A DNA stretch of 64,000 bases from Bacilli bacterium (GTDB lineage: Bacteria > Bacillota_I > Bacilli_A > RF39 > UBA660). Each line of letters starts with the position of its first letter. Position 1 is the stretch's first letter. Where the stretch lies: positions 71,049 through 135,048 of the forward strand of contig JAUVZX010000002.1 in assembly GCA_030602345.1 (NCBI GenBank), given 5' to 3'. The notes under the pieces were generated by a model. That model was not told the DNA's origin, made no database searches, and saw only the letters and a program-made list of their open reading frames with translations. Made by a program: the position numbers and the translations under genes. Below, in pieces: positions 10,815-20,108 of this stretch.

Positions 10815-11804
10815 ATGTTTTCGAAAGATATTGGAATAGATTTAGGAACGGCAAACGTTTTAGTTTATATTAAAGGCCAAGGTGTTGTTTTAAATGAACC
10901 AAGTGTAGTTGCTATAGATAGTGAAACTAAAAAGCCGTTAGCGGTTGGTTCTGAAGCGCATGAAATGCTTGGAAGAACACCCGGAAGAGTAAAAGCAATA
11001 AAACCCATGAAAGATGGAGTTATTGCTGATTTTGAGATTACGGAAATTATGCTTAATTATTTTATTAGAAAAGTTAATGGAAAAAGTTGGTTTGCAAGAC
11101 CTAGAATTTTAATTTGTTGTCCTTCTAATATAACTCAAGTAGAAAAAAATGCGATTAAGGAAGCTGCCGAAAGAACAGGAGCAAGAAGAGTATTTCTTGA
11201 TGAAGAACCAAAGGTGGCGGCTATAGGAGCGGGCATGGATATTTCTAAACCAAGCGGGAATATGGTTATAGATATAGGTGGAGGAACAACCGATGTTGCT
11301 ATTCTATCTCTTGGTGGAATAGTTACAAGTGATTCGATTAAAGTTGCAGGTAATACTTTTGATAATGATATAGTTAAATTTGTAAAAGAAAAATACAAAC
11401 TATTAATTGGAGAAAGAACAGCTGAAGAAATTAAAGTAAATATCGGTTCTGTTTTCAAAGAATCTGCAAAAGAAAAAATGGAAGTTAGAGGCAGAGATTT
11501 AGTTACGGGGTTGCCTCATACAATTACCTTAACTTCAGATGAAGTAGAAGAGGCTCTTAGAGAAAGCATATATATAATAGTTAATGCCACTAAAAATGTT
11601 TTAGAACAAACACCGCCAGAACTAGCGGCAGATATAATCGATAAAGGCATAGTTTTAACGGGTGGAGGAGCTTTAATCAAGGGAATCGACCAATTACTGT
11701 CTTCAGAGTTAAAGGTCCCTGTATTTATAGCAGAAAACCCATTAACATGTGTTGCCGAGGGAACGGGAATACTATTAGAAAATTTGCATTTAATTGATAA
11801 ATAA
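10815..11804 (+). CDS. mreB: Rod shape-determining protein MreB/Mbl
   Basis: DIGIDLGTAN, GVIADF, DIGGGTTD and GIVLTGGGAL motifs. Confidence 0.95.
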   Translation: MFSKDIGIDLGTANVLVYIKGQGVVLNEPSVVAIDSETKKPLAVGSEAHEMLGRTPGRVKAIKPMKDGVIADFEITEIMLNYFIRKVNGKSWFARPRILICCPSNITQVEKNAIKEAAERTGARRVFLDEEPKVAAIGAGMDISKPSGNMVIDIGGGTTDVAILSLGGIVTSDSIKVAGNTFDNDIVKFVKEKYKLLIGERTAEEIKVNIGSVFKESAKEKMEVRGRDLVTGLPHTITLTSDEVEEALRESIYIIVNATKNVLEQTPPELAADIIDKGIVLTGGGALIKGIDQLLSSELKVPVFIAENPLTCVAEGTGILLENLHLIDK

Positions 11805-11850
11805 AAACCTAATAAGGTTTTTTTATTTTGGACATTGATGTATAATAAGA

Positions 11851-12894
11851 ATGGTGATAAAATTGACAGATTTAGAATTAAGTCATATATTAATATTCAT
11901 ACTATCTTTTTTAATAGTATTTTTTATAACTCCATATATAATGAAAGTTGCAAAAAATATTGGGGCAATTGATATGCCTGAAAAAAGAAAAGTTCATAGT
12001 ATAGCAACTCCAAGACTCGGAGGATTAGGAATATTCTTAACCTTTTTAATCGTATCCTCTATTTTTTTAGAACCTAGTAGAGTTTTAAGTGGAATTTTAA
12101 TTAGTTCTACAGTAATTGTTCTATTAGGAATATTAGATGACATAAAATCATTAAAAGCCATTGACAAGTTTATAGGACAATTTATTGCAGCAAGCATATT
12201 AGTTTTACACGGTAATTTAATTATTAGTAACATTAATATTAATATGTTGTCGTTAAACATACAATTAGGAATTTTAGCAATTCCGTTAAGCATTATCTTT
12301 GTTGTTGCTATTATAAATGCAATTAACTTAATCGATGGACTAGATGGATTGTCATCAGGAATTGGAGCAATATTTTTTGCAACAATAATAATAATTTCAG
12401 TAATAAAAAACTACTATGGATTAGAAATGCAAATATCGTTGATATTTTTGGGATCATTATTAGCATTTTTAAAATATAATTTTAATCCCGCTAAGATCTT
12501 CCAAGGAGATACTGGTTCGATGTTAATGGGATTAATAATAGCATCAATCGCTATCATGGGGTTTAAATCAATTACAGCTAAAACAATGTTTGTTCCAGTG
12601 TTGATATTAGCAATCCCAATACTGGATACTATATTTGCAATTATTAGAAGAAAAAAGAATCATCAAAAAATATTTTCTTCAGACAAAAATCACATCCACC
12701 ATCAGATATTAAACTTTAGTAAGAATAATACTAAAAAAACTGTTATAATAATATACTTAGCAAACATATTCTTTTCAACAACATCAATTTTATACATATT
12801 AAACATGAATAACATAGCCAATAAAATGATGCTGTTAATGTTAGCAATAGTAATAATTTTTGTATATAAAACAAGTATTATATTCAAAAAATAG
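11851..12894 (+). CDS. tagO: Undecaprenyl-phosphate GlcNAc-1-phosphate transferase (TagO/WecA, MraY-like GT4)
   Basis: RKVH..PRLGG, LDD, NAINLIDGLDGL, FNPAKIFQGDTGS and HIHH motifs; multi-TM. Confidence 0.8.
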   Translation: MVIKLTDLELSHILIFILSFLIVFFITPYIMKVAKNIGAIDMPEKRKVHSIATPRLGGLGIFLTFLIVSSIFLEPSRVLSGILISSTVIVLLGILDDIKSLKAIDKFIGQFIAASILVLHGNLIISNININMLSLNIQLGILAIPLSIIFVVAIINAINLIDGLDGLSSGIGAIFFATIIIISVIKNYYGLEMQISLIFLGSLLAFLKYNFNPAKIFQGDTGSMLMGLIIASIAIMGFKSITAKTMFVPVLILAIPILDTIFAIIRRKKNHQKIFSSDKNHIHHQILNFSKNNTKKTVIIIYLANIFFSTTSILYILNMNNIANKMMLLMLAIVIIFVYKTSIIFKK

Positions 12895-12903
12895 GAGGCA
12901 CTT

Positions 12904-14160
12904 ATGTATGAAAAATATAATGTTTATCTAAAATCTTTTAAAAAAGATAAAAATTCTTTTGACAAAAAAGAACAATACATAAAAGATTTAATAAATAAGA
13001 AAGAATTTACTTTAGAAAATCTAGAGGAAATTATTTTTCATGCTAAAGAAGAACTTGATAGTCAATACAACTTTTCATACAACTTTGAAATAGACAAAGA
13101 ACATTTTAGTGACAATAGTAAAGCGGTATATTCTTATAATATAATGACAAAAGAGCACAAAATAGTTATGAATATGCTTAATATTCTATCGGATAAAAAG
13201 GACAAAACCCCTTTAGAGATGATTGAAAGTTCTTTACAATCTTTTTATCATGAGTATAGACACATGATGCTAACACACATTACTCTAAATAAAAACAATT
13301 ATAGTTTAGATTTATTTCAAATAATCTTGGACAGATTAATTTTTGATTTATCAAGGGAAGTTAACAAAAAAAGAAGAGGAATAAACAATATAAAATATAA
13401 TATTGAAAACTTAGAACCAATAAATTATTATGAAGATATTTATGATGAGCACTTTGAAGAAAGAAAAAGTAAAATATTTGGTTTAGAAAAAACTATTGAA
13501 TTTTTAGAAACCAGAAATATCCAAGACAGTAATATAAAATATTTAAAATTAGATTTGGGAAAAGAAATTTCTAATGATGAAAATAATCATTTTTATAGTA
13601 AAAAAAATAAAAAAAATAGACTGGAATACGGCTTAGATTTATTAAAGAATAAAGTACCGGCAATAACAAAATATTTAGGACAGTACCCTATATTCTATTC
13701 TCAATACCTTTCATCACAAATGAAATTGCACGATTTAATTATTAAAAAATACGAAATTCTTTCAGATTTACTTGATGTATACGAAGAAGATAAAAATAAA
13801 GATCATATTTCATCTAAAATCTCATTTGAACAAAGAAAAAAAGATTTAGAAGAGTTATTTGACAACTTATATTTAATTGAGTATAAAAAAGACTATTGTA
13901 AAAAGCCAAAGTATTTAGGAAGATTGCGAGAAGAAATCGTTCCTTCTCTAGAACGTATTCACAAACAAAAGAAAACACAAAAAGTTAAGAATGAAATAGA
14001 TTTTTATAATTATAAAATACCAAATGAGACATTTCATTTAAATAAAAAACTACTAGAAGAAGACTACAAGAATTTTTTAAAACTTGAAAAAGAGACAATT
14101 GGATACATAAAGTTGTCAGACATATTAGAAAAACAAACAAAAATCAAAATAAACTTGTAA
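12904..14160 (+). CDS. Hypothetical protein with HExxH motif (possible zincin-like fold)
   Basis: 418-aa ORF with SD GGAGG; FYHEYRH followed by a downstream EE. Confidence 0.55.
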   Translation: MYEKYNVYLKSFKKDKNSFDKKEQYIKDLINKKEFTLENLEEIIFHAKEELDSQYNFSYNFEIDKEHFSDNSKAVYSYNIMTKEHKIVMNMLNILSDKKDKTPLEMIESSLQSFYHEYRHMMLTHITLNKNNYSLDLFQIILDRLIFDLSREVNKKRRGINNIKYNIENLEPINYYEDIYDEHFEERKSKIFGLEKTIEFLETRNIQDSNIKYLKLDLGKEISNDENNHFYSKKNKKNRLEYGLDLLKNKVPAITKYLGQYPIFYSQYLSSQMKLHDLIIKKYEILSDLLDVYEEDKNKDHISSKISFEQRKKDLEELFDNLYLIEYKKDYCKKPKYLGRLREEIVPSLERIHKQKKTQKVKNEIDFYNYKIPNETFHLNKKLLEEDYKNFLKLEKETIGYIKLSDILEKQTKIKINL

Positions 14161-14262
14161 AAACTTTAAAAGTATGATAAAGTATTAATGGTTTAAAAAA
14201 TTATTTTGTTCCCGACCAAAAGACCTAATAACTATTAAATCAAATATATAAGGAGGAACAAA

Positions 14263-14460
14263 ATGAAAGAATATAACGATATTACTTTAGTTTGTCAAGA
14301 AACAGGTGTTGAATTTGTTTGGACAGCTGGAGAACAAAAGTTCTATGACGAAAAAGGGTTAACAAATCAACCTAAATATTGTCCAGAAGTTCGTGCAAGA
14401 AGAAAAGCTGCTAGAGATAACAGAAACTTCAGAAACAACAGAAACGACAACAGAAACTAA
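14263..14460 (+). CDS. Probable zinc-ribbon domain protein (zf-trcl-like) with Arg/Asn-rich tail
   Basis: TLVC...EFVWTAGEQKFYDEKGL.NQPK.CP..R..RK pattern; strong SD AAGGAGG. Confidence 0.8.
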   Translation: MKEYNDITLVCQETGVEFVWTAGEQKFYDEKGLTNQPKYCPEVRARRKAARDNRNFRNNRNDNRN

Positions 14461-14510
14461 TAACAGAAATGTTATAAAAAAGTAATATGAAAGTATTACT
14501 TTTCTATTAT

Positions 14511-14587
14511 GGCGATTATGGTGAAGTGGTTAACACGGTAGATTGTGGTTCTATTATGCGTGGGTTCGATCCCCACTAGTCGCCCCA
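14511..14587 (+). tRNA. tRNA-His (GTG)
   Basis: Cloverleaf with G-1, acceptor GCGATTA/TAGTCGC, anticodon stem GTAGA/TCTAT with GTG at 14545-14547, T-loop GGTTCGATCC and encoded CCA. Confidence 0.97.
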
Positions 14588-14625
14588 TATTTAGGGTAAT
14601 AAAACCTTTTGGTTTTTATTGATAT

Positions 14626-14664
14626 AAAAAACCTAGGATTTCCAATAGGAATCTAGGTTTTTTT
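14626..14664 (+). terminator. Intrinsic terminator downstream of tRNA-His (island left end)
   Basis: AAAAAACCTAGGATTTCC-AATA-GGAATCTAGGTTTTTTT hairpin with U-tract. Confidence 0.8.
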
Positions 14665-14691
14665 GTCGTTTAAAAAGAAAGGTTTGATTAT

Positions 14692-14991
14692 ATGAAATTT
14701 GAAAAAGAAAAATTACCATTAAATAATAACTTATATAATAAGCTAAATAATATATGTAATTTTAGCAATATAAGGTTAGAAGTTGTTAATGGATTGATAT
14801 TTAAGGCTAAAGATATGAATATTAGTTTTATCGAGCCTCATAGATTTGTAATAGTTGTTAATGATATTAAATTAGTATTATTATGCTATGACAATTTAAA
14901 CTTATATTTATATGAAAAAGATAAACCAATAAATATACCGATATTAAAAGAAATAATTGATGGCATTAAAGGAGGAATATATAATGGCTAA
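14692..14991 (+). CDS. Hypothetical protein, translationally coupled to the HUH gene
   Basis: 99-aa ORF with SD AAAGG; its stop overlaps the next start (ATGGCTAA). Confidence 0.7.
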   Translation: MKFEKEKLPLNNNLYNKLNNICNFSNIRLEVVNGLIFKAKDMNISFIEPHRFVIVVNDIKLVLLCYDNLNLYLYEKDKPINIPILKEIIDGIKGGIYNG

Positions 14992-15823
14992 GAAAAAATT
15001 AGGTATAGGAAATATTGAAATAAACAAAAAGTTCAAAGATAAAGAAGAAGCATATAGATATGCTAAAAGATTAATTGAAAAAATTAGATGTGTCTGCAAC
15101 GATAAAGCCGATAAAGGTTGGTATGCTCAAGCTATGGTAGTATGTAGCAACTTAAAAAAGGATGTAAGCACATTGAGATACGAAATAACGGATAAAAGAG
15201 GTAGGCCAAGGAAGAAACACGATATTAATAATATTATTGCTAATGGCTGGTATAAAGGGGATTATAAGACGGATTGGCATTTACATATATTATTAGTAAG
15301 TAAACCAAGTTATATGTTTAGAAATATAATAAAGAGTTATATAGATAAAAACTGGAACGAAGTGCCTAATGCATATGAAGTTGAGCCTTTTGATATAAAA
15401 AAATTAAATGTGGAAAAGACATATAAGAAAAAATGTAATATTACAATGGCAGATTATTTTATATGGCAATGCGATGAAGTGCTTTTCTATAATAGTAAAT
15501 TTGGCGAGGAAGGAGAATTAAAATATAGTTTAAAGGAATACTATAGAGAATATTTAAAATTAGATAGTGCTAAAAGAAGATTATATAGACAACATAGATT
15601 AAATCCAATGAGTGAAGAAAATTATTTAGAGAAAGAAAAAAAGATAGAAAGTAAATTTAAAGAAATAGAAGCTTACTTTTTAAATATAACCGAAGAGCAA
15701 GATAAAAAAGAGGTGGATGAATTTATGAGAAAAGCAAGAATAAATAAAATAATTGAGAGTAAGGAAAATAATAAAGTACAGAGTATTAGAAGAAACAGAA
15801 AAGATGAATATAGTTTGTTTTAA
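14984..15823 (+). CDS. Putative HUH-superfamily endonuclease (Rep/relaxase/Y1-transposase-like)
   Basis: DWHLHILLVS (HUH motif plus hydrophobic strand) and a downstream YFIWQ (YxxxQ); AT-hook-like KRGRPRK; ATG 14984 after SD GGAGGA. Confidence 0.6.
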   Translation: MAKKKLGIGNIEINKKFKDKEEAYRYAKRLIEKIRCVCNDKADKGWYAQAMVVCSNLKKDVSTLRYEITDKRGRPRKKHDINNIIANGWYKGDYKTDWHLHILLVSKPSYMFRNIIKSYIDKNWNEVPNAYEVEPFDIKKLNVEKTYKKKCNITMADYFIWQCDEVLFYNSKFGEEGELKYSLKEYYREYLKLDSAKRRLYRQHRLNPMSEENYLEKEKKIESKFKEIEAYFLNITEEQDKKEVDEFMRKARINKIIESKENNKVQSIRRNRKDEYSLF

Positions 15824-15892
15824 AGAAAAAAGCATATATATATGTAGTTAATATATTATCATATAATATACACAATAAAATATATAAAAATC

Positions 15893-15999
15893 GTATAAAG
15901 AATTATATATAGAAAGTATAAAGACTTATATAAATTTTTATTGTTAAATGTATAAAGTTAATATGATTACTGTATAAAAAATGGCAAAAATCTTTATAC
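15893..15999. repeat. GTATAAAG iteron-like repeats (4 direct, 1 inverted)
   Basis: GTATAAAG at 15893, 15916 and 15950; GTATAAAA at 15972; inverted CTTTATAC at 15992, all within an AT-rich intergenic region. Confidence 0.55.
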
Positions 16000-16107
16000 A
16001 TATCTAAATATGTGTTTCCTATAAATAAAGGGAATTTTAAGATTTTATTAGGAGTACTGTATATACTATTTCGGAAATTACAATAAAAAAGCATTAAAAA
16101 AAGAAAA

Positions 16108-16317
16108 TTACTTTTCTTTATTTTCTATTTTTATTAATTCGTTAGGAGTACAATTCAATAATCTACAAAATTCCTCCAAATATTTAAATGAAATTAATGA
16201 GGTTTCTCCTCTAATAATTCTATTCATATTTCTTGATGTTACATTCATATTTTGGCATAGCCAATATTTACTTTTATTATTTTTCTTTAATAGTTCTTCT
16301 ATATTTAATTTTATCAT
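16108..16317 (-). CDS. Cro/C1-type (XRE) HTH transcriptional regulator
   Basis: MIKLNIEELLKKNNKSKYWLC...ISFKYLEEFCRLLNCTPNELI; probable start is ATG at 16317. Confidence 0.88.
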   Translation of the reverse strand: MIKLNIEELLKKNNKSKYWLCQNMNVTSRNMNRIIRGETSLISFKYLEEFCRLLNCTPNELIKIENKEK

Positions 16318-16425
16318 TTCTATCACCAAGTTAATTGTATAAAATATGATAAATATAAATAAGATACTTGCATTACCCACATTAATTATAATATAATGGT
16401 ATTGTATATGTGGAAGGAGATATTT

Positions 16426-17010
16426 ATGATAGTATTTGACATATTAGTTTATTTAATTATGGCAGGGATATTCGCATTGCCAATATATTTGATAGTTAAG
16501 AAAAGGGCGAAAAAAGGGAAAGTATTAAATGAAAATGGTAATTCTAAAGAAATAGTAAAGAAAGAAAAAGCATACGACAAGATAGATATGACACATATCG
16601 CTGGAATAGATAATATTCAAAAGACACAAGACTGTAAAGTTATCTTATATGCAGATAAAATAAATATTTATTTTACTAAGAATATGGAATTCAATGTTAA
16701 GAGTGAAAATATAAAAGGTATGAGTATCATATTAGCTAAGGATTTATTAGAAAAGAAAAAAAGTCCAGTTCTTCGCGGTATAGTTGGTAATGTTATAGCT
16801 GGTCCTGGTGGTTTAATATTAGGTGGAATGTCGGGTTTAAATAAAGGTAGTAAAAGCGAATATGTATTAATTATTAATTACTTATCAAAAAATGAAGAAG
16901 AAAAATCTTTAGTATTTGGAATTAAGTATGGAAAAGTATTAGCAGAAAACTTTATTAAGAAATTTGAAAATATAAATAACAAAAGCATGAAAATTGATGT
17001 AGAATTATAA
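16426..17010 (+). CDS. Single-pass membrane protein of phage/island immunity-region type
   Basis: N-terminal TM helix; KKSPVLRGIVGNVIAGPGGLILGGMSG glycine-rich segment; divergent from the HTH gene; SD AAGGAG. Confidence 0.6.
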   Translation: MIVFDILVYLIMAGIFALPIYLIVKKRAKKGKVLNENGNSKEIVKKEKAYDKIDMTHIAGIDNIQKTQDCKVILYADKINIYFTKNMEFNVKSENIKGMSIILAKDLLEKKKSPVLRGIVGNVIAGPGGLILGGMSGLNKGSKSEYVLIINYLSKNEEEKSLVFGIKYGKVLAENFIKKFENINNKSMKIDVEL

Positions 17011-17258
17011 GTCTAATACCTTTATTAGGCTTTTTTAATGCAAATGATGGCTTATTTGCTATAAATGAAGCTGTATTTAAAGAGTTATAATAATATTAAA
17101 TAAAATATATATGGAAAAGTATTTGAATGCTTAAAAGCCGATTTTATGGCTAAAAGCTCGATTTGCAATTTTCTCCAAAAAATTATATAATAAACTCAAT
17201 CGCAACTATTGCAAAAAAACAAGAAAATTGATATACTTAATAGGTAGGAGAAGATAAT

Positions 17259-18482
17259 ATGGCAAAACAAAGAAAATATAATGTAGTATCCTTATTTTCT
17301 GGTGCAGGGGGAATGGACTTAGGATTTAAAAATAAAGGATTTAACATAGTATGGGCAAATGATTTTTTCCAAGAGGCAGTTGATACATATAAAAAAAATA
17401 TTGGTGATCATATTGTTTTTGGAGATATAACAAAAATAAAGAGTGATGAAATACCTAATGATGTAGATGTTGTAATTGGTGGATTTCCTTGCCAAGGATT
17501 TTCTGTCGCTAATACAAAAAGAAGTATGAAAGACGAAAGAAATTTTTTGTATAAAGAAATGTTGAGAATAATAAAAGACAAGCAACCTAAGTTTTTTGTT
17601 GCAGAAAATGTAAAAGGATTGCTTTCCATGGAAAAAGGCAAAGTAATCAAAATGATAAAAAAAGATTTTGAATCTTTGGGATACAAAGTAGATGCAAGAT
17701 TGTTAAATGCTGCAGAATATGGTGTGCCTCAAGCAAGAGAAAGAGTAGTTATTATAGGTAATAAGTTGGGATTAGAAAATGTTTATCCTAAAATTACGCA
17801 TTGGGTTGATAGTAAAAAATATGAGTCTAAGAAAGAATTAAAGAAACCAAATACAGTTGAAAAAGCAATAAGTTTTTTATCAGATGTTAATGTCAGCTAT
17901 AATCCTATTAATTTAAATGGAGAGATTATATATAATCATATTGCTTCAACAAATGTATATGATAAATTTTGGGGGCGAAAATATAAAGTCAATCAAGCCG
18001 ATATATGTGATTATTTAAAAGAGTGGAGAAAAAAATCTGGTTGGTCAACAATGAGAGTTGATGAGCATTTTGGTTATAGGCATACAGCTGGACACTGGTT
18101 TAGAAAAGATAATGGGTCGGGGAGCATTCCAAAACCTAGTGATTGGTGGGAATTAAAAAAAATATTAGGATTTGACGATAAGTATGATAAAAAAGTAACT
18201 ACAATGGAAGAAAAAGAAATAAAATTTGAACAGTCATTAAGAATTACAAATTGGGATAGGCCTAGTGATACTATAACAGCAACTGGACCCGAAATACACG
18301 TTAATAAAGAGAGACGCCTTAGCGTAAGAGAATGTGCAATTTTACAGACGTTTCCTAATGATTTTATTTTTACTGGTAGTATAAATAAAATGTATAAACA
18401 AATAGGTAATGCAGTTCCAGTTTTATTAGCAGAAAAGATAGCAAATGAAATATTAAACCAATTAAAAGAGGAGGCTAATTAA
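17259..18482 (+). CDS. DNA (cytosine-5)-methyltransferase of a type II RM system
   Basis: Motif I SLFSGAGG, IV GGFPCQGFS, VI ENVKG, VIII QARER, IX RRLSVRECA.LQ.FP and X QIGNAVP. Confidence 0.96.
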   Translation: MAKQRKYNVVSLFSGAGGMDLGFKNKGFNIVWANDFFQEAVDTYKKNIGDHIVFGDITKIKSDEIPNDVDVVIGGFPCQGFSVANTKRSMKDERNFLYKEMLRIIKDKQPKFFVAENVKGLLSMEKGKVIKMIKKDFESLGYKVDARLLNAAEYGVPQARERVVIIGNKLGLENVYPKITHWVDSKKYESKKELKKPNTVEKAISFLSDVNVSYNPINLNGEIIYNHIASTNVYDKFWGRKYKVNQADICDYLKEWRKKSGWSTMRVDEHFGYRHTAGHWFRKDNGSGSIPKPSDWWELKKILGFDDKYDKKVTTMEEKEIKFEQSLRITNWDRPSDTITATGPEIHVNKERRLSVRECAILQTFPNDFIFTGSINKMYKQIGNAVPVLLAEKIANEILNQLKEEAN

Positions 18483-18495
18483 TAGCTCCTCTTTT
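18464..18495. terminator. Bidirectional terminator between the convergent MTase and REase genes
   Basis: AAAAGAGGAG(G)CTA-ATTAA-TAGCTCCTCTTTT inverted repeat. Confidence 0.75.
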
Positions 18496-19492
18496 ATAAA
18501 ACCTCGTAATATTTTCTTTGTCCGCTCCAATAAACGTTTTTAGAATCGTATCTTTTTTCAAGCCATGCATCGTTATAACGTCCAGTATCTCCGCTTTTTA
18601 CAGCTTCTAAAAATATCTCTTGATGGTTTCCTTTTTTTCTTTTAACAGTAAACCATCCAATTTCTTTGTTAGAATCAAAATATCCTAGTTTAGAACGACC
18701 TTCGATTCTTTGCCAATCGCTAGGAATATATACAGCGTTTTCTATTTTTTTATACATATTTTCTTTATTTAAATTTGAGTATTCAATTTCGTCGGTTATA
18801 TATTTTGGCTTAAAATATTCGCCATGTGATTTATTATAATAAATATAATTTTTGAAATTTGTAAATAGGTTGTTTTCAAAAAGATTACTTAGAAGACCGT
18901 TTGGCAAACAAGTTAGAATTAATGTTGGTGTTTTAGAGTCATTGCAAATGCTGAAAGCCCCTTTTCCACTATCTGCATAAACTATTTTTATTAAATAAGT
19001 TAATAATGGTTTGTTTGTCCTAGAATCCATAGCTCTTAAGTTTGATTGGATTTTAAATCCTGGGAATGGTGGAAAAGCATCAACATTGTCATTAAGAAAA
19101 GAAGTTTGATTATGTTCAAATTGTGTTGTTTTTATTTCTCCGCCATTACCTACTTTATCAATTGTTTTAACATCTACATTTAAAATTATATCATCCAGCT
19201 CAATTGCTATATCACTGCTTATAGGTGCCGAAAAGAAAGATTTTGTTTGAAAGTTATTATATAAATAGTATCTTAATAATCTCTCAGAAGCTTCCTTTAT
19301 CTTGTTTTTCTTACCCCATATTTCTTGTAATATTGGATAATATTCTCTTGTTTCTGCTTCAATATTTTTTAAGTCATCCAAGAATTCTTTTGAATTAATT
19401 ATCTTTTCCAATTTATCCATATATTTTTTTTCTAAATCTAAAATAGAATTTTGAATAATTGATGGCTTTATTTCTAAACTTTGATATGCCAT
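18494..19492 (-). CDS. Type II restriction endonuclease, BglI/SfiI-like PD-(D/E)xK
   Basis: SSD...NVDVKT catalytic motif, then NQTS, PLLTYLIKIVY and LTCLPNGLL, in the same order as BglI/SfiI motifs recalled from memory; convergent with the MTase. Confidence 0.75.
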   Translation of the reverse strand: MAYQSLEIKPSIIQNSILDLEKKYMDKLEKIINSKEFLDDLKNIEAETREYYPILQEIWGKKNKIKEASERLLRYYLYNNFQTKSFFSAPISSDIAIELDDIILNVDVKTIDKVGNGGEIKTTQFEHNQTSFLNDNVDAFPPFPGFKIQSNLRAMDSRTNKPLLTYLIKIVYADSGKGAFSICNDSKTPTLILTCLPNGLLSNLFENNLFTNFKNYIYYNKSHGEYFKPKYITDEIEYSNLNKENMYKKIENAVYIPSDWQRIEGRSKLGYFDSNKEIGWFTVKRKKGNHQEIFLEAVKSGDTGRYNDAWLEKRYDSKNVYWSGQRKYYEVL

Positions 19493-19607
19493 GTTATCAC
19501 CTCTTAATACATTATATCATTTAAATTCTATTTTTTGTTAATTTGGAATGCAATAAAGTTGGTTGAGAAGAAATAATAAAAAATATATAATTAATTTGGG
19601 TGGTAGA

Positions 19608-20108
19608 ATGAGTAAGTTAAATATATTATATGGTAATATATTTGATTATTTAGATGGGATGGATGCCATTGTTAATTCAAATAATCAATATATGATTTGT
19701 GGTAGTGGAGTTTGTGGGCAAATATATAGAAGAGCAAGTAAAGAAAAATTAGAAGAATACTGTAAAAATAATTTTAATGAAAATATGAAAGTTAATGAGG
19801 TTAGGATAACTTCAGGATTTAATTTAGAATTAGATATAATCCATATATATTGTCCCAAAGCTTATGAGAGTAAAGAGCCCTTAAAAGAACTGTTAGAAAG
19901 CTATGAAAACATATTTAAAGTTGCTAAAGAGGGTGGATATAAAAATATAATATCGCCTATTTTAGGGACGGGGATACACGGTTATAAAGAAAAAGAAGTT
20001 ATTAAAGAAGTATTAAGAAAACTAAAAAAGTTAGCAAAAAATTACAAAATAAATTTTTATTTAATTATATTTAAGAAGGAGAAAACGAATGGAAAAAATA
20101 GTTTTTAA
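19608..20108 (+). CDS. Macrodomain protein (ADP-ribose binding/hydrolase)
   Basis: GNI..DAIVNSNN...GSGVCGQIY, IIH..P and SPILGTGIHGY motifs. Confidence 0.9.
   Translation: MSKLNILYGNIFDYLDGMDAIVNSNNQYMICGSGVCGQIYRRASKEKLEEYCKNNFNENMKVNEVRITSGFNLELDIIHIYCPKAYESKEPLKELLESYENIFKVAKEGGYKNIISPILGTGIHGYKEKEVIKEVLRKLKKLAKNYKINFYLIIFKKEKTNGKNSF

Noticed and set aside
15903-16094. 63-aa minus-strand ORF in the island
   Set aside because: No SD, low-complexity AT-rich composition, and it overlaps the repeat/origin-like region.
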